Of a stretch of DNA of 64,000 nucleotides, positions 19,901 through 27,385 are shown piece after piece. The DNA is taken from positions 48,396 to 112,395 of the forward strand of contig JBCNVG010000013.1 in the NCBI GenBank assembly GCA_039630325.1. Reading direction: 5' to 3'. Source of the stretch: Bacteroidia bacterium (lineage in GTDB: Bacteria > Bacteroidota > Bacteroidia > SpSt-205). Within the stretch, counting starts at the first letter, position 1; every line of letters begins with the position of its first letter. The notes under the pieces were generated by a model. The model saw only the letters and a list, made by a program, of their open reading frames with translations. It did not search any database and was not told the origin of the DNA. The position numbers and the translations under genes are program-made.

Positions 19901-22900
19901 ATGCAGCGTAACATACGTCCCCTCAGCGACACACTCCTCCTGGTTCATGGTGTTACAATCCCCCGTAAGTACCCGATAGAGCACCTGACTACCCAAGGCA
20001 GTTGTATTTTCCACGATCTGCACGTCAAAATCCATCGTATCAGGCGTGAGGTTATTCACGAGCACCCAGGCAGACTTCTTCCCTACAGGGGTGCCAAAAC
20101 ATGCCATGATTGTGTCGGCCTCTCCAGCACCTTCACCGATAGTGAGGCAGTTTATGAGCAGATTGGTAGAATACGGCCCCCCCGCAGCAGCCACAGATAT
20201 AGTCACGGAGTCTTGACAGAAATCCCCTGGATGCCTTTGGAGCCATATGCGGGGGACCACTAATCCGAGATGATTACACCCTGTGAACATAATATAGTAC
20301 CGCCCTGGCCGAATACATCCTCTACCCCAATAGCGGTATCCCAAAGTAGGATGCGTCTCCCACACCCCCGTCAGAGGAACCCGAACCAACCCAGTGGAAG
20401 AGGAATCGCCAGGTACAGCTTGATAATAAAGCTGTATATCATCGGGATGGTAGTTATACTGATTCACGCCAGGACGGTCATAGTTGAGAAAGACATAGCC
20501 TGTGATTGCTGATTCAAAAGCATACCAAATGGTTCGAGTTCCGCAAGCATTTTGGTCTGTGGGGTCTTTGGTAGCACAGGTAAGGTCTCCTTGACAGCCC
20601 GTGTAGGTACCAGCTGAAAGTGCCGCCCAGGTGTAAGGCAAGTCACATTGAGTAGTCGGATTAGCAACTATGACATTAGCCTCAGAATAGTGGTCGTAGT
20701 TTACGCCCCCTCCCGGCAAAGGTTCCAAACGCACTCCAACTTCCACCTGTATATTCGGTTCTTTACCACAGGTATTACGATACACTACTACGTAATATCG
20801 CTTTGGAGGCTTGCAGGCATCTCGTTGAAAGCTCACAGTAGTGTACTGGTCACAACACCACCACCAACCTTGCGAAGAGGCAACCAATGTGAGTCCATTA
20901 GCTATTGTTGAATCCACACTCGTCGGGAATGCCCCCGGAGGGTCATCGCTTTCATACACAGCAAACGCCGGCTGCCATCCCGTACCAGGGGTCTGAGCAT
21001 AAACACTGACATGTACGCGAACATTGCCCCCGGCTACGAAAGTATACCACAGATTACGACGCCGATCAGGTAGGGTCGTGGGGGGAGAAGCAGAACCAGG
21101 GTTGGTATTAACTACCCCCAGAGGACAGTTGGCAGAGGGATCTGTGCTGAAGGCGTCTGTAGTGCAGAAAATAAAGTCTGTACTCCCAGGCCGCCCGTAA
21201 GGTCCCAGGGGATCTCCTGGTCGGGTTCTATACTCCGTATTGTCTGGGGGAAGCGTGCCAAAATCATACGCATGAACAGCGTAATTATGCAGAGAATACC
21301 CTACCGAGTCCACATAGATAGTCGGCGTGTAAGTGGATCCGATACACCCATCACCTGCAAAAGTTACCAGGGTATAAGTCCCAGGTGGCACCCAGCATAT
21401 GCGCCCAGTACCCGAGAAACAATCATGAATAATGGTGTAAGGGGGAGCGTTGGCTGTAATGTCACCCTGATACAGGCGAGAAGAGCCATAGCAACCATTC
21501 TGATAGATGACGAGGTAACTGGGACGAGTAACAGAAAATACCCGATAGCTCACTCTATTCTGGCCTCCGCTACACGGGGTGATGCCAGAAGGAAAAGGTA
21601 AATTATTAGCACAGCCCCAAAACTCCCAATCCAGTGTATAGCTACGATGCTGATTAGGTGCGTAGACATAGTGAGGTACCCAGTCTAAGTTGCCAGGTCG
21701 GTCAGCCGTGGCAAAGGTGCCGAACTTCTGAACCCTCGGATCACGAGAGATAGTAAACCATATGCGATTTCCTATGGCCCCGCCCCTTCCGCTGGTATAT
21801 GAAGGGTTAGTGTATGTACCTCCCACCGCATATGCTACGAAAGTGTACCAGCCAGGCTCCATACACACTGTATATCCCCCATGACAGTCCATGAAGAGAG
21901 AAGTAAGGGTATTATTACTTATCCGTCCCCGAAAGGTTCGCCAACCGGTAACGCCCAGCTCTGGCCAGGCTACATAGGCATACTGCGGAGAGAAGGTTAC
22001 CAAGCTCGGTTCAGCGATATAAACTTCCCAATAAAACTGCTTAGTGGCACCGCCACACGGAGCATACCCTAAGATGGTTAGAGGATTATCATGGCAAGTA
22101 ACACGAGTCCAAGTCGCCGTCAAAGAGTGCGTAGCCCCCCCTATCGTCCCAACCTCCTCCACATTCGGACGGGGATCCGGATTCCCCGGCAGGCTCACAG
22201 GGGCTGTGGGGGTGTAAAATCGCCGCTCTCCAGGCGGGAATACATGAAAGCGAAACCATGGACGATCCCTTTCCCCAATGTCCGAGTCGTCACCAAAGCT
22301 TACCAAGGTATAGTAGCCAGGAGTTACACACACCTTGACAGGGTAGTAAAGGTCCTGACACCCCACCTGGTCAATCAAGTTCTGAATACGACCTCCTACA
22401 ATAGGTTCTACACGAGCATCCCCGCGGTAGAGCCTATACCTAAATCGCCACCAGTTCCCCCCACCCACTTCTAAAATCCCCTCTTGATCTACTCGGATAA
22501 TCCGATAAATAGCGCGATTATTACCTCCACCGCATACATCCCCAGCTGGTAGAACGGTGGTTCGGCAGTCTAAGGTATCCCACTGAGCGTAGTAAGTTAC
22601 CCCCGGAGTCAGGGGAAGTCCATTATTGATAGAGTCAGCTTCTTGAGGACGGATGTGAAGACCGAAATTCTGCTCAGGCGTGGAGCCTAACTGTACATGG
22701 AAACTAACGGGCAACCCCATAGCAGAATAAGGTGACCTGCAAGCCCCCCACAGAGCTGAACGATTGATGCGAGCCAGCACCTGTACGGTATAAGTTCCAG
22801 CTGTGAGACAATTCACCCACCCATCATTATCCACGACGGCTTTGAGAGGGAGATTGCATCCATTTATCGCGGGCGTGCCTTCAAAAACCCTAAATCGCAC

Positions 22901-24151
22901 CGTACCCATGCAGTACCACCAATCCCAGGGCCAGGGATAAGAGTACCAAAATCGCACATGCGCCGCCCCTGTCAGAGTAAACGTGTAGTACAGGGCTAAA
23001 TCAAAATCTCCTATTGTATCATCTGGGGTAACGGCACTACCAAAGGTGCCACAGGGATTATCAACGATACGGCTCTGACATCCCCAAAAGTCGCTGACTG
23101 TAAAAGTTGGACCAAAGGATAAAGTTCCTAAGTGATGAGTGCCTGGAATACTAAGGGGATTGTAGGATATCGCAGCTTGGCTACCGCGCTCATACAAGCG
23201 CAACCGAACCCTATTGGCGTAATTGGTACGCCCTAAAATTTTTATGGAATAATAGGTATTCGGCTGAAGCTGACACAACCTGTCATAACGAGCACCCGTA
23301 CTGCTATTGTTCTGAACCATGGGAATGCAGCCTTGGATGAGTGTCAGGCCGGCTGCCGAGTCAGTTAGCGCATTGCCCTGGTAGATGAAGAGCCGCCATT
23401 CCCTTGGGGAGGGATTAGAACTATTCCAAGGGTCCTCCATGAGCTCTATACCTACCCAATCCACATAAGCGTCGGTTCGGAATACATGCCATGTGGATTT
23501 ACTCCAGCTTGAGTCATTATCACAAATCGTCTCACCTTGACTCACAGACTGACAAGCGTAGTCAAAAGTGACATCCTTGAGCAAAACGGAACTTGCAGAA
23601 GTATTAAGGACCCCGAGGTTTTGAGCTGTGGCCATATGGTCATATTCCGCCTCCGCTCCTGCACTGATTGAGGGAGCGGATACGATCAGTTCTAAAAATA
23701 TTTGACCACTGACTGCAAGGTTAGCTCCCACCTGCACCATATACCAGCCCCGTTGAAGGCAGGCGTGTGTGTATCCCTCCATGAGGACTATGGGCGGGTC
23801 TACCCGTTGAGCTGGACCGGGTAAGCAGGTATTGCCCCGATAAAGTGTCCAACCCACATGCGTAGGGTCAATAGAATTCCCCACTTGTCGAAGGATGATG
23901 CGTACTGTCCGCGTCGTGGGTAGGTAGAAACGATACCATACACTTTTTCCATTCGGAACTCCAGGGGGAATATACTCACCCGCTTGGAGTGTAGCATTAG
24001 TGATATTTACGGTATCGCTGTAGAAAGTACCCACCCCATATGGACTATGCGGATTGCCGAAAGCGACGAAGGATCCATTAGCGCAGTTATCGTTCGAGGG
24101 GGGCTGGGCAAGTACTATGCTTACCCAGCCTATGACCCACACATGGCGCAT
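16958..24151 (-). CDS. Giant secreted cell-surface protein (2397 aa) with T9SS C-terminal sorting domain, PKD and F5/8-type-C (discoidin)-like domains, and an internal tandem-repeat array
   Basis: N-terminal signal peptide. The C-terminal about 80 aa match the Por secretion tail (PNPVTELLTVQFSLSEEKYVEVRVYDAKGALV...GIYTLQFFKDGEEISLKLLKLVP). A PKD-like motif (YYWLFGDGNTSTHFQPQHTYTVADTYLVCLRVSNG) and a discoidin-like block (WAMWRYPIPRSVNRIVFWACQ...) are present. About 12 GGPYDG repeats are also present. Confidence 0.85.
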   Translation of the reverse strand: MRHVWVIGWVSIVLAQPPSNDNCANGSFVAFGNPHSPYGVGTFYSDTVNITNATLQAGEYIPPGVPNGKSVWYRFYLPTTRTVRIILRQVGNSIDPTHVGWTLYRGNTCLPGPAQRVDPPIVLMEGYTHACLQRGWYMVQVGANLAVSGQIFLELIVSAPSISAGAEAEYDHMATAQNLGVLNTSASSVLLKDVTFDYACQSVSQGETICDNDSSWSKSTWHVFRTDAYVDWVGIELMEDPWNSSNPSPREWRLFIYQGNALTDSAAGLTLIQGCIPMVQNNSSTGARYDRLCQLQPNTYYSIKILGRTNYANRVRLRLYERGSQAAISYNPLSIPGTHHLGTLSFGPTFTVSDFWGCQSRIVDNPCGTFGSAVTPDDTIGDFDLALYYTFTLTGAAHVRFWYSYPWPWDWWYCMGTVRFRVFEGTPAINGCNLPLKAVVDNDGWVNCLTAGTYTVQVLARINRSALWGACRSPYSAMGLPVSFHVQLGSTPEQNFGLHIRPQEADSINNGLPLTPGVTYYAQWDTLDCRTTVLPAGDVCGGGNNRAIYRIIRVDQEGILEVGGGNWWRFRYRLYRGDARVEPIVGGRIQNLIDQVGCQDLYYPVKVCVTPGYYTLVSFGDDSDIGERDRPWFRFHVFPPGERRFYTPTAPVSLPGNPDPRPNVEEVGTIGGATHSLTATWTRVTCHDNPLTILGYAPCGGATKQFYWEVYIAEPSLVTFSPQYAYVAWPELGVTGWRTFRGRISNNTLTSLFMDCHGGYTVCMEPGWYTFVAYAVGGTYTNPSYTSGRGGAIGNRIWFTISRDPRVQKFGTFATADRPGNLDWVPHYVYAPNQHRSYTLDWEFWGCANNLPFPSGITPCSGGQNRVSYRVFSVTRPSYLVIYQNGCYGSSRLYQGDITANAPPYTIIHDCFSGTGRICWVPPGTYTLVTFAGDGCIGSTYTPTIYVDSVGYSLHNYAVHAYDFGTLPPDNTEYRTRPGDPLGPYGRPGSTDFIFCTTDAFSTDPSANCPLGVVNTNPGSASPPTTLPDRRRNLWYTFVAGGNVRVHVSVYAQTPGTGWQPAFAVYESDDPPGAFPTSVDSTIANGLTLVASSQGWWWCCDQYTTVSFQRDACKPPKRYYVVVYRNTCGKEPNIQVEVGVRLEPLPGGGVNYDHYSEANVIVANPTTQCDLPYTWAALSAGTYTGCQGDLTCATKDPTDQNACGTRTIWYAFESAITGYVFLNYDRPGVNQYNYHPDDIQLYYQAVPGDSSSTGLVRVPLTGVWETHPTLGYRYWGRGCIRPGRYYIMFTGCNHLGLVVPRIWLQRHPGDFCQDSVTISVAAAGGPYSTNLLINCLTIGEGAGEADTIMACFGTPVGKKSAWVLVNNLTPDTMDFDVQIVENTTALGSQVLYRVLTGDCNTMNQEECVAEGTYVTLHLKCRPPLKSFWIQVVMPEWATGDITVHVTANPIQQTCIPPDPDRPRANFDFVGSCSGQSIQFLNYSSVGPGIQYYWLFGDGNTSTHFQPQHTYTVADTYLVCLRVSNGTQADTACRYLIIYPMPGVSVTMSPPSPVWLGIPITFSPTYVDTVNGTGANIYWNFCANGSAGCGASQIDYSGPVPPPVSYTIPGRKRVCVTVTNGTLCDSTFCIEFDVIWPARAGGPYDGSATAVVLASCSTLSYIGGPYDGSATQVIVASCPMPIAGGPYDGSATEVVVASCPTFSYVGGPYDGSATQVIVASCPMPIAGGPYDGSASEVLLANCPTLSYAGGPYDGAATAFVGAICWDITEYTGGPYDGAAVAAIINCPLPELPYAGGPYDGSASGVVLASCPTFSYVGGPYDGSATQVIVASCPMPIAGGPYDGSASGVVLASCPTFSYVGGPHDGAATQIVLSGCPLPIAGGPYDGAATAYTTNFLAQEKDTAVCAGSSLTLQAGVPSNWYLTPSSGTPIASNTPTLVISSLTQSQLYWVENSCSAERVPIAAIALPRIDGQFSISPIPYCTGQPVTFTNQTLVSGPSQPSFGTLITGFGIHGTVPNMSQLTFSSVQTANFAQLGDGIYQNGTAWTANNPGASTQWAMWRYPIPRSVNRIVFWACQSCPNAAQRLPRRARLYYNDGSGWKLAKTFSFTPGSYVYDSGIFTETQVIFAHLWRLEFDVQAANAPTFGEFQVYSSSPVIGGNVQWSCDNGSTWSSGGSQSCTWSTPGTKTITMVVSAPGACPDTVQQTVNVTNCSPLPAIQSVLAAYPTPEAHIRLLWQTNVPIQYALLQKRVDTGWVEVYRYPVQGSTSFSWIDSFPSFEQTNLYRVVSEHLGGEVAYSNLAEVRFPREVSGPIQELVRAFPNPVTELLTVQFSLSEEKYVEVRVYDAKGALVSYITPQSYSAGFHEVQIDVRSWATGIYTLQFFKDGEEISLKLLKLVP
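18481..19248 (-). repeat. In-frame tandem repeat array (about 12 units of 63-66 nt, i.e. 21-22 aa) inside the giant gene
   Basis: The DNA motif gacccatcatacggacc recurs about every 60-70 nt. It encodes GGPYDGSATQVIVASCPMPIA alternating with GGPYDGSASGVVLASCPTFSYV. Several units are identical at the protein level. Confidence 0.8.
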
Positions 24152-24186
24152 AATATTTCTAAGGTTTCAAGCCGCAAGACGCTGAA

Positions 24187-25689
24187 TTATCGGGCACCTC
24201 GGCCACCAACATGGTGATGTCTATGAGAAGGATTGCGATTATTTGAACACCCATGGTTAGGGAACGAGCAGTTCCGAGCGGAAACCCTATGCTCGCGCCA
24301 GTCATTACCCCATGAGCCTCCTCTGAGCCCAAATCCCGCAGGGTTTCCTAAGGGCCAGGAGGGTTGATTAGCCGCTCCGGTCCCCCAATCCAACACTCCG
24401 TCTCCCCAATTGCCTGTATAAGTAGGCGAGCCTACTGTCCCATCGGGTGCCGAAACCATTACCACCATCTCCCACACGTTTCCGCTCATATCCATAACTC
24501 CATAGTACGAGGCGCCGCTGGCTTCCCTATTGGGAGAACCTGGCTTAGCATGAATCCCCACCCGAACAGGTCCTTGGCCGCCATCTCCACCACTGTAGTT
24601 CCCCCCAATCCACCCCGTACAGTTAGCATTTGAGGGAGCACTAAAAACCTCGGTTCCGTTTTCCGGTGTAATGCTCAAAGTAGTGCCGAAATTAATGTTC
24701 GTAGAGCCCCATGCATATTCCCCCCTAACTTCAGGGAGCGCCCCCCTGCATATTTTCTCGTATTCCATTTCCGTGATAGGGCGTAGAGCCGCCCAATCCA
24801 GATAAGCACAGAGATCATGCCAGGATAGGTAGTTTTGTGCTCTATCCTCTCTATCAGAAAAGTACTGAGAGGGATAGACCCCAGTATTAGCTAACCTGTT
24901 ACGATAGCTATTGAATGACCCTAAATATCTTAGTGAGGCGGCACCTGCGGGTAAAGTGTTCAAAAAAGCTGCATACTGACCTTGCGATATTTCATATTTC
25001 ATTACGTGGAAAGCCTTATAACCCTTCGGGAAACTGGTAGGAACATTTATGGAAGTAGAGCCTGAACCAGCCCATTTGAGAGAAATAGCTGCTTCTGAGG
25101 TAATGTTATAGGGTATGTGAGGATTACCACTATTCCCATTCTGATCAAAAGCACGGGCTGCTTCATCGCTCCAATCATGCCACCCATCTAAAGTACCTAA
25201 GACGTAAGCTCCCTCGGGTATAAACACCATCTCTATCCCAAAAATCCTAAAGTCATACTGTCCAGTCGTAGGCAAATTCGTTACCTTAAGAGTAACGCTG
25301 TGAGGTCCGAATGTCGCATAGGTACCCGCATTTGCCGGGCGGAGCATGATGCCCAGATTATTCGGCGCAGGATCTACCCCTACTCCACTCCCATCAGCTA
25401 AAACTGGCTCTAACGCGGCGGGTATCGTGTGATCGCTCAGCGTTGTACTTATCTGTCCATGAGTCCATGGGTCAACAAACTGATTACACGCCCTAAACTT
25501 TACAAAAATCCAAACGGCATCCCAGTTAGCTGGGGGTGTGGTGAGACGCCAGGCATTCTGCCAGCTTACTTGAAAGGAAACGGTCTGGTTAGCTTGGTTT
25601 ACAGTAAAATTCGTTATTTGCAGGTTATTCGCCAGCAGAGAAAGGCTACTCAGTAGCCCGACAGCTATATAGTAGCAGCTCCGTGTCAT
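24187..25689 (-). CDS. Secreted FGE-sulfatase (SUMF1/EgtB/PvdO) domain protein with an N-terminal beta-rich extension
   Basis: Signal peptide (MTRSCYYIAVGLLSSLSLLA). The FGE-domain motifs are IEMVFIPEGAYVLG, YEISQGQYAAFL, GNVWEM and RGGSWGNDW. It lies 35 bp upstream of the giant T9SS cargo gene in the same direction. Confidence 0.75.
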   Translation of the reverse strand: MTRSCYYIAVGLLSSLSLLANNLQITNFTVNQANQTVSFQVSWQNAWRLTTPPANWDAVWIFVKFRACNQFVDPWTHGQISTTLSDHTIPAALEPVLADGSGVGVDPAPNNLGIMLRPANAGTYATFGPHSVTLKVTNLPTTGQYDFRIFGIEMVFIPEGAYVLGTLDGWHDWSDEAARAFDQNGNSGNPHIPYNITSEAAISLKWAGSGSTSINVPTSFPKGYKAFHVMKYEISQGQYAAFLNTLPAGAASLRYLGSFNSYRNRLANTGVYPSQYFSDREDRAQNYLSWHDLCAYLDWAALRPITEMEYEKICRGALPEVRGEYAWGSTNINFGTTLSITPENGTEVFSAPSNANCTGWIGGNYSGGDGGQGPVRVGIHAKPGSPNREASGASYYGVMDMSGNVWEMVVMVSAPDGTVGSPTYTGNWGDGVLDWGTGAANQPSWPLGNPAGFGLRGGSWGNDWREHRVSARNCSFPNHGCSNNRNPSHRHHHVGGRGAR

Positions 25690-25814
25690 ATCAATGCAAA
25701 CCTAAGATAGAAAATGTACTTCGGCGAAACCACATTTTTACCCTTGGTAAACAACTTGAAGTTCATATTATCTTTACAAGATCAGCACATGACTCAGAAA
25801 CAGGTAAACAAATG

Positions 25815-27239
25815 GGACGACTTCAAAGATACCTACGAAGCCTCACCCCTTCAGAATGGGAATCGCTTTACACCGAAGCCCAGAAGGAACTAAGAGGTCA
25901 CAAGATGCGCTCCCTACTGGAGCGTTTACGCCGCACCAGCGCCCCCCAAGTTCTAAACCCAACGGAAAAAGAACTCGCTAAACGCATAGAGCGTTGGATA
26001 TGGAAGCATGCCTTTATTCAGGCGCACAAGTCTCATCCCATATACGCTTCCCCTCCGATAGAATGGATTAGTAAAGGGGCTCTCCTCTATCATGCCAAGG
26101 GATTGTCCACAGATGCCCTTGCCTTACTGCGCGGTGAGGTCCATTTACCCCTGGAAAAATTGACACTCCTTTTCCTCAGACTCAAAATTCAAATAGAATC
26201 CGGCGCCGCTAAGAAGGCATCTAAAACTCTGAGGGAAATAGAGCACATCAGCGACCATTTGAGAAGATCTATCCAGCGCGAACGGCTCCAGCTTACCCTT
26301 TGGCGTCTCCTAAATGAATATGGGGGCTCCTACACTGAAATCGGTCAGCGCTTTTTGAGAAGATTAGAAAAGCACCCTTATTGGAAGCACACTCATGGTA
26401 CAGCCTCAGAAGAGAGTGTGGCAGATACTAACCTTCGGATATTATATGCCTTAGCGAAAGGAAACCCCATGGAAGCATATAAGCTGTGCCTTGATAAAAC
26501 CGCTCAATCCCATCCCAGCATCCTCCTCAACCGATGGCTATGTAGTATCATGCTAAAACATCCTCTAAGTGAATATCTATCCTACGACACCTTGTATACA
26601 ACCAAGCTCTCAGAATATGACAAAGCCACTCTCTTAAATCGCGTACTCTTAACCCTCCTGATTTACGGGTCGCCAGCTTACTTGACCTCTAAGCTATCTC
26701 TATTGGAGCATTGGTATTTGAGCTCCGGTTTCCTTCCAGAAAATGGTCTCGTGTGGCTACAACTGCTTTGGCTCTGCGGAAAGTCTGAAGAAGCTATCAA
26801 GCTATCAGAGAACCTATTAGAGAAAGTAGAAGGCAAACCCTTCACTTACATTCAAGTGGCACTTATGCTTCTGTTGATTTATGCTGAAAATCACAAATGG
26901 AATAAGCTCGTACAACATCTTCGGAGATTGCTTTACTGGCTAAAGAGAGTAGAGAAGTTCATCGCTTCAGCACCCGTAATGCATAAACTGCTCAGGCAGC
27001 TCTATCAGGCTCGATTGCGCCCACAGGTCCTTTCAGCAGTGGCTGAGAGGTGGAAAAAACATCTTGCCTCATACCCTACCGAACGCTACTTCTGGGAAAT
27101 TACCCTATTACCAGATTGGATTGAAGCCCGTCTCAGCCATCAAGGAATCATCGGATATCGCCAAAACGCCCACCGGGCTTCAGTCACCGATCTTGAAGCT
27201 TTGATTCAAAAAGCAACCCGGGTATTTCCTCCCTTGTGA
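25815..27239 (+). CDS. Hypothetical alpha-helical protein
   Basis: Long ORF with good coding character but no recognisable motif. The start is set at MGRLQRY (25815) because the track start at 25683 would overlap the divergent FGE gene start. Confidence 0.4.
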   Translation, partial: GRLQRYLRSLTPSEWESLYTEAQKELRGHKMRSLLERLRRTSAPQVLNPTEKELAKRIERWIWKHAFIQAHKSHPIYASPPIEWISKGALLYHAKGLSTDALALLRGEVHLPLEKLTLLFLRLKIQIESGAAKKASKTLREIEHISDHLRRSIQRERLQLTLWRLLNEYGGSYTEIGQRFLRRLEKHPYWKHTHGTASEESVADTNLRILYALAKGNPMEAYKLCLDKTAQSHPSILLNRWLCSIMLKHPLSEYLSYDTLYTTKLSEYDKATLLNRVLLTLLIYGSPAYLTSKLSLLEHWYLSSGFLPENGLVWLQLLWLCGKSEEAIKLSENLLEKVEGKPFTYIQVALMLLLIYAENHKWNKLVQHLRRLLYWLKRVEKFIASAPVMHKLLRQLYQARLRPQVLSAVAERWKKHLASYPTERYFWEITLLPDWIEARLSHQGIIGYRQNAHRASVTDLEALIQKATRVFPPL

Positions 27240-27385
27240 TATATATAAATGCCACTCCCCCTGCTTGCCTCAGAACTGTCCCTTCTCGGGAAAGCAAGCC
27301 GACCCATACTTGGCTGCAAGGGAGTAGATTAGCTTCAATCGTAACCTAAGCTCCTCATATCGGGGCTTCCCAAATCTAAATACAT

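Noticed and set aside
17115-22474. Multiple 60-155-aa ORFs on the plus strand, e.g. 19796..20263 and 22091..22474
   Set aside because: All are antisense to the 7.2-kb giant minus-strand gene. Long open frames on the opposite strand are expected in a long GC-biased gene.
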